DNA of 64,000 bases from Geosiphon pyriformis uo1 (GCA_016748015.1 JAAOMT010000697.1:1177163-1241162), one strand, 5' to 3'; positions 1-13,693 are shown, counted from the stretch's first letter. Numbers and translations are program-made. The notes: generated by a model from the letters alone, not told the origin.

Positions 1-1830
1 TTCTATACTCGGATTTGCCAATTTTTAAAAGCCTGAATTCCTGGAAAAGACTATTAGCAAATTCTTAAACTTTGACTACACCAAGATTAGTCCTGGTAAA
101 CAGAAAATGCTGAAATTTTTGTAGGCTGGGTAGTTTTTTAAAATAAGCTTCCAGATTACTTATGATGTCAAAATATTTAAAACCAGCTCTATTATTATAG
201 TGCTATACTTTATTTAGTCTGACAATACTAGACTTTTTTTACTAGTTTGACCACATGATTTACACAATCTACAGTCATTTTGTGGTATAGTTTCTTAATC
301 AATCTAAAACTGCTATTATATTTGGATTTAGTATGTCCAGGTACCATAAAATTTAATTCGATACTTTTGTAATAATTGCAAATAACTAAATATAGATAAA
401 ATCAAATGTTAGCATTATTTTTATTCTGTTCTCCTGAATTATCACAAGTAATTTTCAAATACTTTTCACCTTTATTCAATTTCTTAATTTCATCAAATAT
501 CATGCTCAGTGTGCTATTAGAGTCTTTACTGATAATTTTGTTTTCATCAAGAATGTAATTAATTTATTTACATATTGCTTCATCTTGAATACCAAATAAA
601 TGCACTTTGCATTCAATCATAACTGTAATAAGCAGTAATAATAATTTTGTTCTAAAATGCTTATCCACCAATTTTCTCCATTGTTTTGCTAATATTATAT
701 TTTTGTTGTAATAATTTCTCTTTAGTTTAGTCTTAACTAAATGTTCTTTGTATCTTTTTAATAAATCTTTTGTTTCTTCTTTCTTATGAATATTATATTA
801 TAAGCCATTCTCAAAATATTGGCACATGTCACATAAATCTGTTCTTGGATTTATGATTTGAATATAAAGCATTAATTGGTCTTATAACTTGTGAAATACA
901 TTATATTTTAACAATTTTAATGTAGTATTGTTCTTAAAAACTGCAGTAAAATCACAATAGACGAATTTTTAAGTCATTTTAGTTGACAATAGTATAAGTG
1001 ATTATGTAATGCAGTTAATATTTCTTTCAGGACTTGGTTGTTCATAGATTTCAGCATAATTCTCAAGAAAATTTTTCACTGCAGTAGCAATAATTATATC
1101 AATGGTTATTTTGGGTTTTTATCATAGTGTTCTTTTTACATTACCATAAATGTGTGGTATATACTATTTATTGCTAGATAATTTCTAACAGTTTTGAAGT
1201 AAGTGCAACCAATTTCTAACATATGGAAATACGTTTTCTGACAAAGTGACATATTACAATCTTATTAGTACACATTTTCTTTTTAAGATGTCAACTGGCA
1301 GTTATTTTTTTACTATTTATCACTCTCAGTTGGGCCATTAAAAAAAATTTTGCTCAGCCCTAGAGAGCTTGAAATGCTTCACATAACTCAGCAAACTTTT
1401 CTCTCAGAATCACTTTTAAGCAATCACAATTGCAGTTTATTTCCAAGAAATGTATGACATTTCTGTATTTGGCAGAACTATTATTATTATATCTTCATAT
1501 ACAAATCATTTTATATATATAATTTTATTACTTTTTAGGTCTTTACTAGCAATAAGCTTACAAAAAAAGTCACAGATTTCTGTAAGATCTCAATGTTACT
1601 GAAAGAATAATCTATTTTCAAACTCTGATTATAGTTTTTTTACATATGTCTTCAATTTTTGATTTTTGATTTTATTTGTCATTTGAAACTTTGAAAAAGA
1701 AAACTGGTTATAGTGTTCAAGAGCATGTGCTAATCATTGAGTTACAGCAATTACATAAAATGTGCAAACAAAATTCGAAGTAGTACAATTGTAAATTGAG
1801 TCTAATTAATAGCAATCTGTATAGATTAAA
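1..1830 (-). mobile_element. Degenerate Sola-type (DDD) DNA transposase pseudogene; runs off the left edge
   Basis: Manual minus-strand translation gives motifs in order: FLEINCNCDC (~1430), YGNVKR..VKNFLENYAEIYEQPSPER (~1150-1030), IINPRTDLCDMC (~860-820), YYSYD* (~630; first Asp, W>stop), KVHLFGIQDE, TCDNSGEQNKN (~445), FMVPGHTK (~345). This is the D / DNCxGQNKN / GHT..D layout of Sola-like transposases. Many stops and a deletion just after the first Asp. Upstream boundary approximate. Confidence 0.75.
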
Positions 1831-4800
1831 AAAAGATGTAAATAGCAAAAAAGAATCACTTAGATATGCTAAACATAAATATTATGATTTTGCTCCAAAT
1901 TTTACCAAAAAAGACAGCAGAAAAAAACTAACAAAAAGTTTACTAGACATATTATGATGGTTTCTAGCTGGCAAAAGTAACATTACATTTGACTTTTGGT
2001 TTGACTATAAGATATATTTTCTTTCTTATTGAAATAAAAAATTGGTAGATATTATATTATTATAATCATTTTTGGTAAGCAAGCAAATTATGATGTGTAG
2101 TACTTTGTATATGTCTCTTGTATTATCAATAAAATATGCATTTAAAGTGATAATCTGAGTTTTTTTAAAACACAATAATGTTCTGTTTTTAATTTATAAA
2201 TTTGCTCTTTCAATGTACATTACAATGTTTTTTGCTTCCAATTTTATTATTTCAGCATTACTGAAGTTGCACAATTGTATATTAGATATATATATAACTG
2301 AATTATTTTTTGTATCTGCTTATTGCAAAATTGCCAGTTTAGAATATTTGATATAATTCTACATATTATAATTAGAACTTTCTCTGAATTTTTCAAATAT
2401 GTGTTTTTTTGCTTGTATTTATTTAAGTTCTCTATAATACTGTTTGTACTATGTTTTGAACTGTTTTTTTGTCAAAATCTATTTTTTTTGTCTTTATTAC
2501 AAATATTATAATATTATTTAAAATAACTATATAATTTACAGAACCAAAATTATGATTTTTATTAAGTTCATTATTTGCTTTAAGTATAAAAAGTGGTTTG
2601 TCTATTTATAAATGCTTTACAGTTATGGTTAAAAATAAAAAAATAAACTCTTTATACATTATTTTGTTTTATGTTATTTTATTAAATACATTTGCATTTT
2701 TTAAAGCTTATTTATTAGCAATTTTAAAGTATTATTATTAACTTTTACTTTCTTGAATTTGTTTAAATTTAATCAAAAAGTGTTATCAAGTAATAACCAA
2801 CTGCTTTGTGTAAGATGTTTTGAAAAATATTATTTAGATTTCATTTTTATATGTCTTTTTACTCTTAATTTATACAAATAATTTAATCTAATACTTACTA
2901 TTATTATTAATTAGAGCATCTTAAATAATTTTGTTAAACTAGAATTTATTGATTATTTTTTGTTTAACTGGCTTTTTAACCACAAAAAAAATTTTAAATT
3001 CATTTAATAAAAAAATTACTTAAAGATAGTAATATACAAAATATACTAAAATTTATTGAAATGTGGTTATTGTTGTTTAAACTAGTTGTTTAACAGATTG
3101 CAGTAAATTACAATTATACAATTAGAAAATAAATAATAAATAACAAAAAATAACTTAGTCATAATAATAAATATAATAAAAATGTTTATTAAAAGTAATT
3201 ATATATGGCTGTTACTAAACAAAAATTATATCTTGTCTGGTAGAATATAGGAAAGCTTTTTTTAAAATGTTTCTTTGATGTAAAAAACAAAACATAAAAA
3301 ATTAAGTATATTAAAATATTTATTTTAACAATATCAGTTTAATTTTTAAAAAAATTTACAATTAATTTAATATTAAATAAACTTTTTAAAAACAATTTAT
3401 ATTTGTTTTTTTTAGTGTAATAAAATAGTTAAACTACAAATTTTTATAATAAAATATTACAAACTTTAAATTAAAATAATTATTTATATGTTTGAATAAT
3501 AAATATATATTAAATTAGATTGTTTAATTCTTGTTACTGTATTTCTAATAATATTTTATAGTATTGTATATTTGCACTTTTAAAAACAGAACAATATAAA
3601 TCTTATAATTTCAAAAACAAATAAAATAATTAGAATATAATAATTGATATATATATATTGTTAATATTAATTTTATTTTTTTTGAAAAACAAAATATATT
3701 TTATTTAAAAATTTACTAAAGTAATTATATAAAAAAAAATATTTATATCTTTATACTTTAGTTATTTTAATAAAATCTATATTATATATTATCAATAATA
3801 TTATTAAAATACTTAGCTTTACTTCTTATTTTTTTTTTTATTCAATTTTTAAGCACTTTAATTGAAAATTGACTTTTTTATTAAAAATTTATTAAAACAA
3901 AAACAATAATACTTTTTTTTTATGTAGTTTGTAAAGTTTTATAATTATTTTTTTAAGTTTAAGACATATTTAAACAAGTATTTAAGATAGAATATAGAAT
4001 TAATTATAAATTTTATTGTAGAATAAAGTATTAACAGTGAATATGATTAAAAAAAACAATTTACAAAAATTTTGACTGGTTTGTTATTTGATTTAATAGA
4101 ATAAATTGTGCTTTTAACAACATAGTTGTGTGTAAATAGTTTAATTTATAATTAATTTTCCAGTTTATCAAACATTAATTAAAATTATAAGTGTTTATTA
4201 AACATATATTATAACTATAGACTTAAAATAATTAATTTGTTAATTAAACAGTTGTTTTTCTAATGATTTATTTTGATGTTTGATTTTTATTATTTTTAAT
4301 ACTTTTTTATTGTTTTTAAAATAATACAGATTTTTCTGGTTATAAATTATGTTAGATTTATAATACTTATAATATAATAAACCAAAATTATCATATTTAT
4401 TGTTATTTTTACTTAATTATAATATAAAAAATTATAGAAATTTGTTTGATAATATTTCAAAAATAATAAAAAAAACAACTCTTTATTTTAAATTTTTTGT
4501 TTTTTTTTGGTTTAATATAAGTTGATAGTAGTATTCATTTATTGTTTATTATTTTTTGTTCTTTTTAGTAAATTGTATAAGTGATTTTTTTTATCTAGAT
4601 ATTTTTGAAGAGTTTGAATATTTTTAATTTTAAAAACATATAGAGTAATCTTTTCTTTTTGAGCTTTTTTTAAATACTTATAATAGTGCTATAATTCTTT
4701 GGTTTTATGGTGAATTTGATGTAAATTAGTTTTAAATATATTATTTTTATATAGACATAATCTTATTCTGTCATGAAATTAATTTAAAACAGTAATTTAC

Positions 4801-5980
4801 ATAAATTTGTTTATAAGTTACAGCTGTAACAATTAAAATGTTATTAATTAAATTAGTCAACTTTTAATTACATCAGTCTCTCAATTAGTCACATAATAAA
4901 ATGTTCACTTTGTTTGGTTTGGTTGCAGTCTGTCTAAATAAAATAAAATAAAATAAAATTATATTTTTATATTTTGAAAATTTATATATTTTTATAAAAC
5001 ATAATTTTTTTTATAATTATTCTTTAATGCCAATATTATTTAAAATTTGATTATAAAATATATAAATATATATTTAGAATATTCTCAAATCATAAATAAT
5101 ATTGTAAAAATTATATATTAATAAATTTGATATATTTAAAAAAATTAATAAACTATTATAAATATATATATAATTAAAATTTTTAAATTATATGTATAAA
5201 CGTTTAAAATATTCATAAAAAATATGTTAAAATAAATAATATTTTAATTTAACAAAACCAAAATAAAAATTATATAAATGATAACAGAAATTTAAATTAA
5301 ATAAAAAAATCGGAATATTCATGATAGTTAAAATAGAATCTTATATATTGCATTTATATTTGGAGTTATAACCTATTAAGTTACATTTTTAATATTTGCG
5401 AATGAAAATATGGGTTATATTATTTTCTAAAAATTAATTATAATAATGTTTTGAAATTACTTTTCAGAACAAAAGTCCGGATCTTTTGGTAAAAGAAAAA
5501 AAACGAATACTTGGATAATGTCAATATTGTGGAAAAAGAAGTTTTTACAATTTATTCATGAAAAATTAACAAGAAAAATTATAAGACAATTATCAGTTCA
5601 TAATGCAAAGCTGCAGATTAAAACACTTTCAAATTGACCTGCACAATTACCAGATATTAAATTAGAAATTGGTGGCTTTTTGGTAGAGACTGTATTTATT
5701 TCAAAGTCTGAAACCCCAAATTCAAAGATAACTTTGATTTCTAAATCTTTTCAAATCAAATTAGCTTATTTTAAAAGTTTCAGCTTTATCATGGCTTAAT
5801 GACCATAATATTTTCAAATTGGTTGGACAAAATTTATTTTTTCGTGTTCATTTTCCAAACATTTCTCCCCCAATATATTAAACATCATGCTTTCGGTAAA
5901 TGATTTATAATTCACGTGATGAGGTCGAATTTGAATAATTTTACAAGATTTTCATATTCAAATCATATTTTAATTTTAAA

Positions 5981-7495
5981 ATGGGTTACTTTTTTCAAAT
6001 TATTTTGCCAAATGTGTTCTTTATGATTTCGTTCTTTTTGTTCTTAAATTAAGACCTGTTTTTCGTTCCCAATCAACAAATATACCTATTAAAATCCAAG
6101 AAAGGGTTTTGTTTAATGAGTATTTGGTAAAAGAACAACCTTACAATAAAACTCAACTATCATCTTTTTTCAAACAAAATCAAATTGTTAATGAATCAAT
6201 TCAAAAAAGAAATCCCCAAATTTCGCATAATAGATCAGCCGCTGACCTTTATAGTTAGTTGCTACAAAAGGAGATAACGTTTTTAAAAAGACAGTTGAAG
6301 ATATAGATATTTTGCGGGTATTGGATTCTGCGGCGAAATTTTCATGGATGGCATCTTGCCAACAAGTTTTAAATAACAGAAAAAACTATTTGGTGGGTAA
6401 AAGACAATAAAAAGTTTGGGGTTAGTAAATAATAATCCTTTCTTGAAGTTCACTATTAATGATTAAAACCCCCCCCCATTTAATTTTATTTAATAAATCA
6501 ATTTTTTTTTTTGAAACAGCAATATTTTCAGAAAAAACGATTGCTTTTAGTACTCCAGAGTATGATTTTGATTATTTCACATTAGTTCCAAGCAATCGCA
6601 GATGGGATACCATTTCTTGCCCTCATGTAGAATATGGTTTGGTGACCGAAGTTTTTTATAAACGTTGGGAAACCTGTAAAACTCGGTTCTGGGAGAAATT
6701 GAGAATTTTTTAAGAGAAAAATAATTTAACAGATCAATTGAACCAATATACATTTACAGGTTTTGGAATTGGAGCTGGTAAATAAAATTTATATTTATTG
6801 AAAAACTAATGTGGAAAGAAAATTCTAAAATTTACAATTTTTTTGCATTCTTAGTTTTAGCGGTATTTGCTGCACTTGAATATAAAAGGGAATATATGAA
6901 AGCATCAATAACTCTTATTACATTCGTACAACCGAGAATTGGAAATAATCAATTCATCTATTATTTCGAACTCATAGTGAAACCTTGGAGAGTAACTTAT
7001 GGTGACGACTGGGTCCCTAATTTTCCAATTGAAGGTTTTGATCGTGAAAAAAAGAGGCTTAGTAATAAAGCTTTTAGATCTCCTGATATTCTATATAGAC
7101 ACTTTAGAAAAGAATTCTGGATAGAACCTTCATGCGATTGTGCAAACCTAAAAATTTATTTATGTTATCACACGGTGACTTTAGATGAGAATGAGGTAAT
7201 TTTCTATGTTCTTTGTTCTTTGTGCTTTCTGCTTTTTTTTTGAATTTCACAAAAGAATCAAATTTATCAATCTGATTAAAAAATATTATCGAGTTGCAAC
7301 GGAAGAAATAATCCTTATAAAACAACATATCATACAAGTGGCTGGGAAGATTCAATGAAATATTATAAAGAAACACATGCTGGTAACCGGCATCTAGGTC
7401 CATATTTAGGGCATATAATGTTTCAAGATTGTTTTACAACAAAAATACCTTTGCGACGAAAAACTTTGAAAGCCATCCTTTTCGGAACCAAATAG
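5981..7495 (+). pseudogene. Lipase class 3 (alpha/beta hydrolase)-like gene, 4 exons, disrupted
   Basis: Exons ~5981-6420, 6520-6777, 6855-7195 and ~7292-7495, with GT donors at 6421, 6778 and 7196. Motifs: AAKFSWMASC, YTFTGFGIGA|VLAVFAALE (nucleophile elbow), ITFVQPRIGN, RVTYGDDWVPNFP, YRHFRKEFWI, HLGPYLG. Lesions: frameshift just after the ATG, stops in exon 1, in-frame TAA at 6711-6713, and a last acceptor reading CG instead of AG. Confidence 0.8.
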
Positions 7496-8510
7496 AAGTT
7501 GTTTTTCTTTAAAATTTCCAAAAGATACAAGTAAATTATTTTGTCTTATTATATGTAATTTAAAACATCAGTCGATTTTTAAAATTTATTTATATTTTAA
7601 ATTTGTAATTGTATGAATTTTGTCTTTTTTATTTTTATATTTTGAAATCATTTGCTTCAATTGAAATTTCTTTTTTGCTGTTAATACTAATATAAATATG
7701 TTGCAATTTTAAAACAGTGACCTTTTGATTTGATTACTTGAATTTAACACCTCAAAGTTATAAATATATATTTTCATCAGAGAAAACCAAAAAAATTAAT
7801 GATGTCAATTGTTAATTCTAATCATAAACTAGAAAGTTATACAAGTATTAACAATAAAGGTTTGGTAATAAATACTTTACAAAATTTCTTGTGCATCATA
7901 TCATACTGTATGTATACGTAATTGAATTTTATTTGTTTACACCACAAATTTCGGAGGAAAAATAACTTTTTAGTTTTCTCATTATAAAAACTTGGACATA
8001 TTCTAAATTTGCCAAGAAATGATAATAATTTACAGTGATCGAAAAAAGTACATTTTTACTTTATAAATGTAATGCATTGAAAGTTTTCTTACCGATTGTT
8101 TCACCTATCATAGGTCAACTTTGATTACAAGATCAAAAAATAGGAATCTTTTCCAGATAAGGAATAAACATGGAAGAATTTTATCTAATGATAAATAATT
8201 ATCATATTTTTAAATAAAGAAATCCGGAAATTTTTCTTTAAATATAAAAAGAATTTAATCAATGTCCAAACATTTGGTCCCACGATGCGATGTTAACTTT
8301 GAAACTTTTATTATGTTTTTGATTTGGAAAAATTTTCAAAACGAAAAGATTAATGAAAATATTTGAAATTTTAAGAATTTCTAATAATAAATAATTAGAA
8401 AGCTCTCCTGATTCTTTAGATTCGAAAAAATTTATGTTTAAAAAAAAAAAAAGATTTCTTTCAATAGAATTATCAGATGGCCTTTAAATTTTAGAAAGTC
8501 TTTCAAACAT

Positions 8511-8785
8511 ATGATCCTCATGGAATTAATATTTCTGATTCTTTTATTTATTTTACCCTTCTTTTTATCTCGTCGACCCTTATTGGGATCAGGTTCGAAA
8601 TTTATACAAATTTCTTTAATAAGAAATCACACAATACTTGATCATCCTATAAATTTTCAACAAACTTTGCTATTTCCAAAAATTAAGAGGCAAGATTTGG
8701 AATTTTTCAAAACAGATAGCATCAAAGAAAAAAATAAATTAGAAGAAAGATATACTGGGCATTCTTTTTTTGTTAAAAGTCAAGT
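8511..8785 (+). CDS. N-terminus of a probable secreted protein, truncated by an assembly gap; possibly a tandem paralog of the lipase-like gene
   Basis: ATG followed by a hydrophobic signal-like segment (MILMELIFLILLFILPFFLS). The frame is open up to the Ns and CpG is retained as in host genes. No catalytic motif is visible, so paralogy is a guess. Confidence 0.45.
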
Positions 8786-8805
8786 NNNNNNNNNNNNNNN
8801 NNNNN
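8786..8805. other. Assembly gap (20 N)
   Basis: Run of n. Confidence 1.
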
Positions 8806-11483
8806 TATATTGATAAGAAGTATATTTTGTGAATTGTAATTTAAGAAGATTTATTCGAAATATATTTTTCAGAATTATTACAAATGTAAACATTATAATA
8901 TTATTTGTTAAGTTTTAGATCTTTTATTAATTTTTACATCTGGATATTTTTAATTATATTATTAGAATACAATTCTTTGAATTATATTATGTAAGAATAT
9001 TTAAGCATAAATCAATAGAAAATGCAAATAATAGAGAATTACAAATCAATAACTCATATTAGCCTTCTTAAAACTATAAACTTGATAAATTTTTAATTAA
9101 TTAAAAATTGCAATTGTTGAAAATTAAATTATTCTAACCCACATTTAACTTTGAATCTAAAAGTCTTTATCTTCTCAAAAACGCGTATGTAAATAAATGC
9201 TAACAAGAGCAAATCATTTTTTTAGATAATTATATAAAGCGATTTCTGATTTGATTTATTTGTCTTGTGATCAATAATAATTTTAATATGATCTTTTTCA
9301 ACTGGAATTGTAAAAAATAATTGATCTTGAAATGCTTTCAAAACTTTTTTTTATTGTTAAGCTTGATAGATTTGTAACCAGACACAAAAGTTCAATTAGG
9401 TCAACAAATTACCACCATTAGATATTTTAGTTTGATAACAATGTTAGAAATTTGTATTAGAAAACAAATAATAAACTTTTTTTGCCTGCATAAATGCTTT
9501 TTTTCTTAAAAGAATTCAAAAAAAATGAATAAATGTATGAAAAACTCAAAAATATCTACCTTTTTTAAATTTTTATGAATTCTCTTAATGACTTCATTAT
9601 TATATGTATTTCTCACAAAATTATTATCAATAAAAATAATTTTTATACTGTTGATTTAATATGCTTTTAAAAACATCTATTCTAATAATTCTATTATCTA
9701 GTTTTACATAAGAATTTTTGCAGAAATATTTTGCTTCAGTTTTACTGATTTTTAAATAAAATTTTATTATTTCTGTTTCTGTAAATTTCAATTTTTAATT
9801 ATATATTTAGACTTAATGAATTGTAAAATAGTGGTTAAAATGTCAATAGAATTGTTAATATTTTTAGTTAAAAGAAAATTTATCATTGTGATAATTATGT
9901 TTTAATTAATAAAAAAAATGAAATATTATTTTTTCCAACAAAATCAATCACACCATCCTAGCTTGTAATTACTATTAAAATTTTTCTAAATTTTTAACTT
10001 TAAAGATATAATAAACAGAAGCTCTTAATTTATTAGCTTAATAAAATCTATAATATTTTATTTTTAAATGTTAAACAAAGATTTGTAATTCAATTAGCTA
10101 CAAAAATCCTCTCTTTAATTTTAGAAATTTTATTTCAGATTGATTTTTATTTTTTTATAATATTTAAAATTTAGAGCCATTTAAAAGAATTTTGAGCGGT
10201 TTAATAAATTTTATATTTCTTAGTGATAATTTTATAACCAAATAATTTTTTGGAGTGAAAAGTTTTTTTATTGTGAAATATTTAAAAGCAAAATATTTAA
10301 ACCTAATCAGAAATAGAAAATTGGGTTATTGGCTTCTCAATTAATTAAAAAGTTAATTCTCTATTCAATTGATCAAAAATATTATTAAAAGAGCTAAATA
10401 TCCAAAAAAGTAGGTAAAAATGTATAAAATTTTTTTTATAATATTAATTAACTATTTATACAATCAATATTTTCGCATTAATAGTTGAAATAGCATATTC
10501 ATTTTGATAATATATTTAAGATAATCTTGAATCAATTACATGTAATAAAAGTAAAAATAATTAACTAGCCAAAAAAATTGAGATTAAATTTGAAGAAAAA
10601 TTTATTCCAAATTACAGGATTTTAGAGACTATTTTTAAATAATATTGACTTTAAATAATTTATTAATTGTCAAAATAAAATATTTTACAAGTATAAGAAA
10701 TAATTATTAATTTTTTTATAAATTATTAAATCTTTCAAGAAAATAAATTTTCTTTAATTGAATTATTATTATTGTATTAATATTAATAATTCTATACTTA
10801 TAAGAAAAACTCAAAAGTATTTATTTTTTTTGCAGCTATTTACCATAATTAATTTATAAAAACACTTATATTCTTATAATAAAAAACTCACTATAAGTTT
10901 ATTAATCTTCACAAATAATTTAATAACTTAACTTTATTATATCTTAATTTAATTCTATATTAAATTGCAGCTTTTAATGTACTAAATATGTTTAAATACA
11001 CTGATTAAAAATAAATAAAAACTTTTTTTCTCAGTTAAATATAAGTAAATATTTTTTTATAATAAATTAATGAAAAAATAAAAATATATTTTATCATATT
11101 GAGAAATAAATATAATAAATATTCTAATTAATATGATTAAAGTTTTATAAAATATTTAACTAATTATTATTTAATTGTTTTATTAATTATTTGAAAAAAT
11201 TTTCGAAAAATATGGTATTATACTTATTAAATATTTTTTAACAAATTCATATAAGTTTTTATAATTTGGATAAAAAACAAAAAATAAAAGATAAATATAT
11301 AAATCAAATATTATAAAAAATGTTTTTTAAGTTTTATTTAATAGTATATTAAAACTTTTTTCAATAAGTTTTTATTTGCATTAATACTGGTACAATTAAT
11401 ACTTTAAAATAAGCAAAACTTAATATTTTAATACATAAATTTCAAAAATATTTATATAAAAATAAAGTATTATTTACTTTATA

Positions 11484-13693
11484 TTTTTTTTTATTAATAT
11501 TTAATGAGTATAATCCAATTACTATCTAAAAATTAGGAACAAATTAAGTATTTTAGTGTTAAATATAGTTTATGTAATTTTTATATATAACTGACTGCTT
11601 AAGCCAGTTCAGATTATACTACATTAATATTCTGGAAAAAAAACTTATCTAAAGAAGACATTTTCTAAACAATTTTAAATAATATAGCATTATTATTAAT
11701 TAATCCAACCAACCACTCAGCTGTTTTAAAGACATTAATCTTAATAGCAACAAATTTATGTTTTCAAAGTGACATTAAATTAAAAAAAATATTATTATCA
11801 AAAAAAGACAAACCAACATAAAGGCCATATATATTAATATTCACATAACTACATTCAATTTTTAAAGCAATTATCTTATATTCCAGCTTACCAATAACTT
11901 TGCTAAAAAAACCTATATGTATTAAAACTTTATTAACTCTAAAGCCAAAAACACTACTCAAAACCAAGTCTTTATTAACGAATTATTTAAACACTTTTAT
12001 CATAGAACCAACAGACTTAACAATAGAATTAACCAGATCAAAAAGCTTGGCTAACTTCAATTCTAAAGAAATCAACAAAAAGAAAACCATAAAATCATCA
12101 GATATTATATTAGCTAAAAAAGTTAAACCAACTAAAAAACTAAAAACTAAAAGAAGCACAGAAGCAGTAGTTTTGACATAGGACCTGTTATTAATAACAT
12201 AAGAGATGAATATCTTGAAAGTCTTAGAAAAAAAAAGTGGAGACATTTTATAATTCAAAGCCAAATAATCTGAACTTTGGCACTAAAAGCAATGCCAATT
12301 TCTAGAAGTCTCCTATCAAATACAACATTTTTTCAATGTACTAGTCATAAAAACTATAGTATTTAAATCAATCTGAAAATTAAAAGTAATCAGAGCAAAC
12401 CAGAAGCATTAACCAGAATTAAAAAAATAATGAATAAAACATGTATAATTACTAATTTAAAAATTATATTACTAATCTTAAAGACAGTATAACTAAAAAA
12501 AAAATTGAACAACTTGGCCTTAAATCTATTATAAAACAAAATAGTCTTATTTTAATTTACCAAGAAAAAAATTTTAACACTATTTTTGTTTACCAAAACT
12601 AACTAATAACTTAAAACAGATACAGCAAAGTCCAATTTTTTAAAATAAATAATCACATATTGCCAAATATTAGTAGACTTTAGCACAACATAAGCAATAT
12701 TACTAAATACATTAAGAGCTGTCTTAATATTAGCAGCAAATACATCCAAAAACATATTATATAGCACAACAGCAGCAGAAAAAAAATTAAACTCAGAAAC
12801 CACCAAAAACTTGACAATTTTGAGAATAACTAAACAAACAAAACTTGTAATTTCAACCAAAAATACAGTTTCCAAAGACACTTGAGAAGCAAACTCCATA
12901 CAAAAAAGTTTTATATTGTTTTTTATTACTAATTTTGCACTTAGAAAACCATATACAGACTAAAAAACAGTCTTAACATAAGCCAATTTAATTTTAAAAG
13001 TAGTACTAAACATTAGAATTAAGGCTATCTATCCAGTAAATCTTTGACAATTAGCAATAGTTTCCCAAATACTACTAGTAGCAATACTAGAAACCAGAAA
13101 AAAGGATAATTTAGTTTTTATTTGGTCAGTCCAGTTTTTAAAAATAGGTAACATTATAAAAGATAGTTGTTTTACTTCTAAAATTGGCAATGATTTGCCA
13201 AAAAACACTACATTTAACAATACAGCCAATAATTAATCTTGGTCTATTTTGGATGATATATCAGATGATGCTATAGAGATTATACCTAAGATTTTATTGA
13301 GAACCACAAAAAAATTTGGTGTAACAATAGCAAAAGTAAGTAATTGCTTCCACTTTTTTGAACTTTTGGTCTTTTTGACTAATTTGTTATTAAAAATTTT
13401 TGAGCTCTTTAAAAAAATAAAAACAACACTAAAATTAACCCAAATGTGTTTTTTTAAGAAAACTTTAACTGGTAAAGACCAGCCAAAGATAAAGAAGTTG
13501 TTTTAATAGCTATTAAAAGCAGCTTTTCATGATTATTAGATAAAAAAAGACTTTTAAAACGTTTTGCCTAGTTGTTTCTACAACAGAGTAAATTTTTTTA
13601 GTTGAAATTTTATTAGATATCTCAAGAAAAATATTAAATACAGTTTTTTTACTCTTTGTTTTAGTCATAATCATGAAATTAAGGAGACAAAAA
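11484..13693 (-). mobile_element. ORF1-only non-autonomous non-LTR retroelement ('half-LINE') with a LINE-type 3' tail and poly(A)
   Basis: One degraded ORF from ATG 13674 (MIMTKTKSKK...) to TAG 11621-11619. It has RRM-like segments (track ORF 12603-12899: EFASQVSL...WQYVIIYFKKLDFAVS) and a decayed CCHC knuckle (CF*CQSSDYLALNY, ~12295-12250). The stop is followed directly by a ~135-nt tail colinear with the LINE 3' UTRs at 33289-33422 and 48246-48381, then an A-tail (T run 11484-11492 on +). No endonuclease or RT sequence. Confidence 0.8.

Noticed and set aside
2500-4900. Possible extremely eroded LTR element on the minus strand (taaca plus a PBS-like motif near 4820-4845)
   Set aside because: No protein motif or second LTR could be recovered with confidence.
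5470-5800. CQYC-containing, slightly GC-richer patch upstream of the lipase-like gene
   Set aside because: No sustained reading frame or recognisable family.
11900-13506. Plus-strand ORFs 11900-12181 and 13249-13506
   Set aside because: Antisense shadows of the minus-strand half-LINE ORF.
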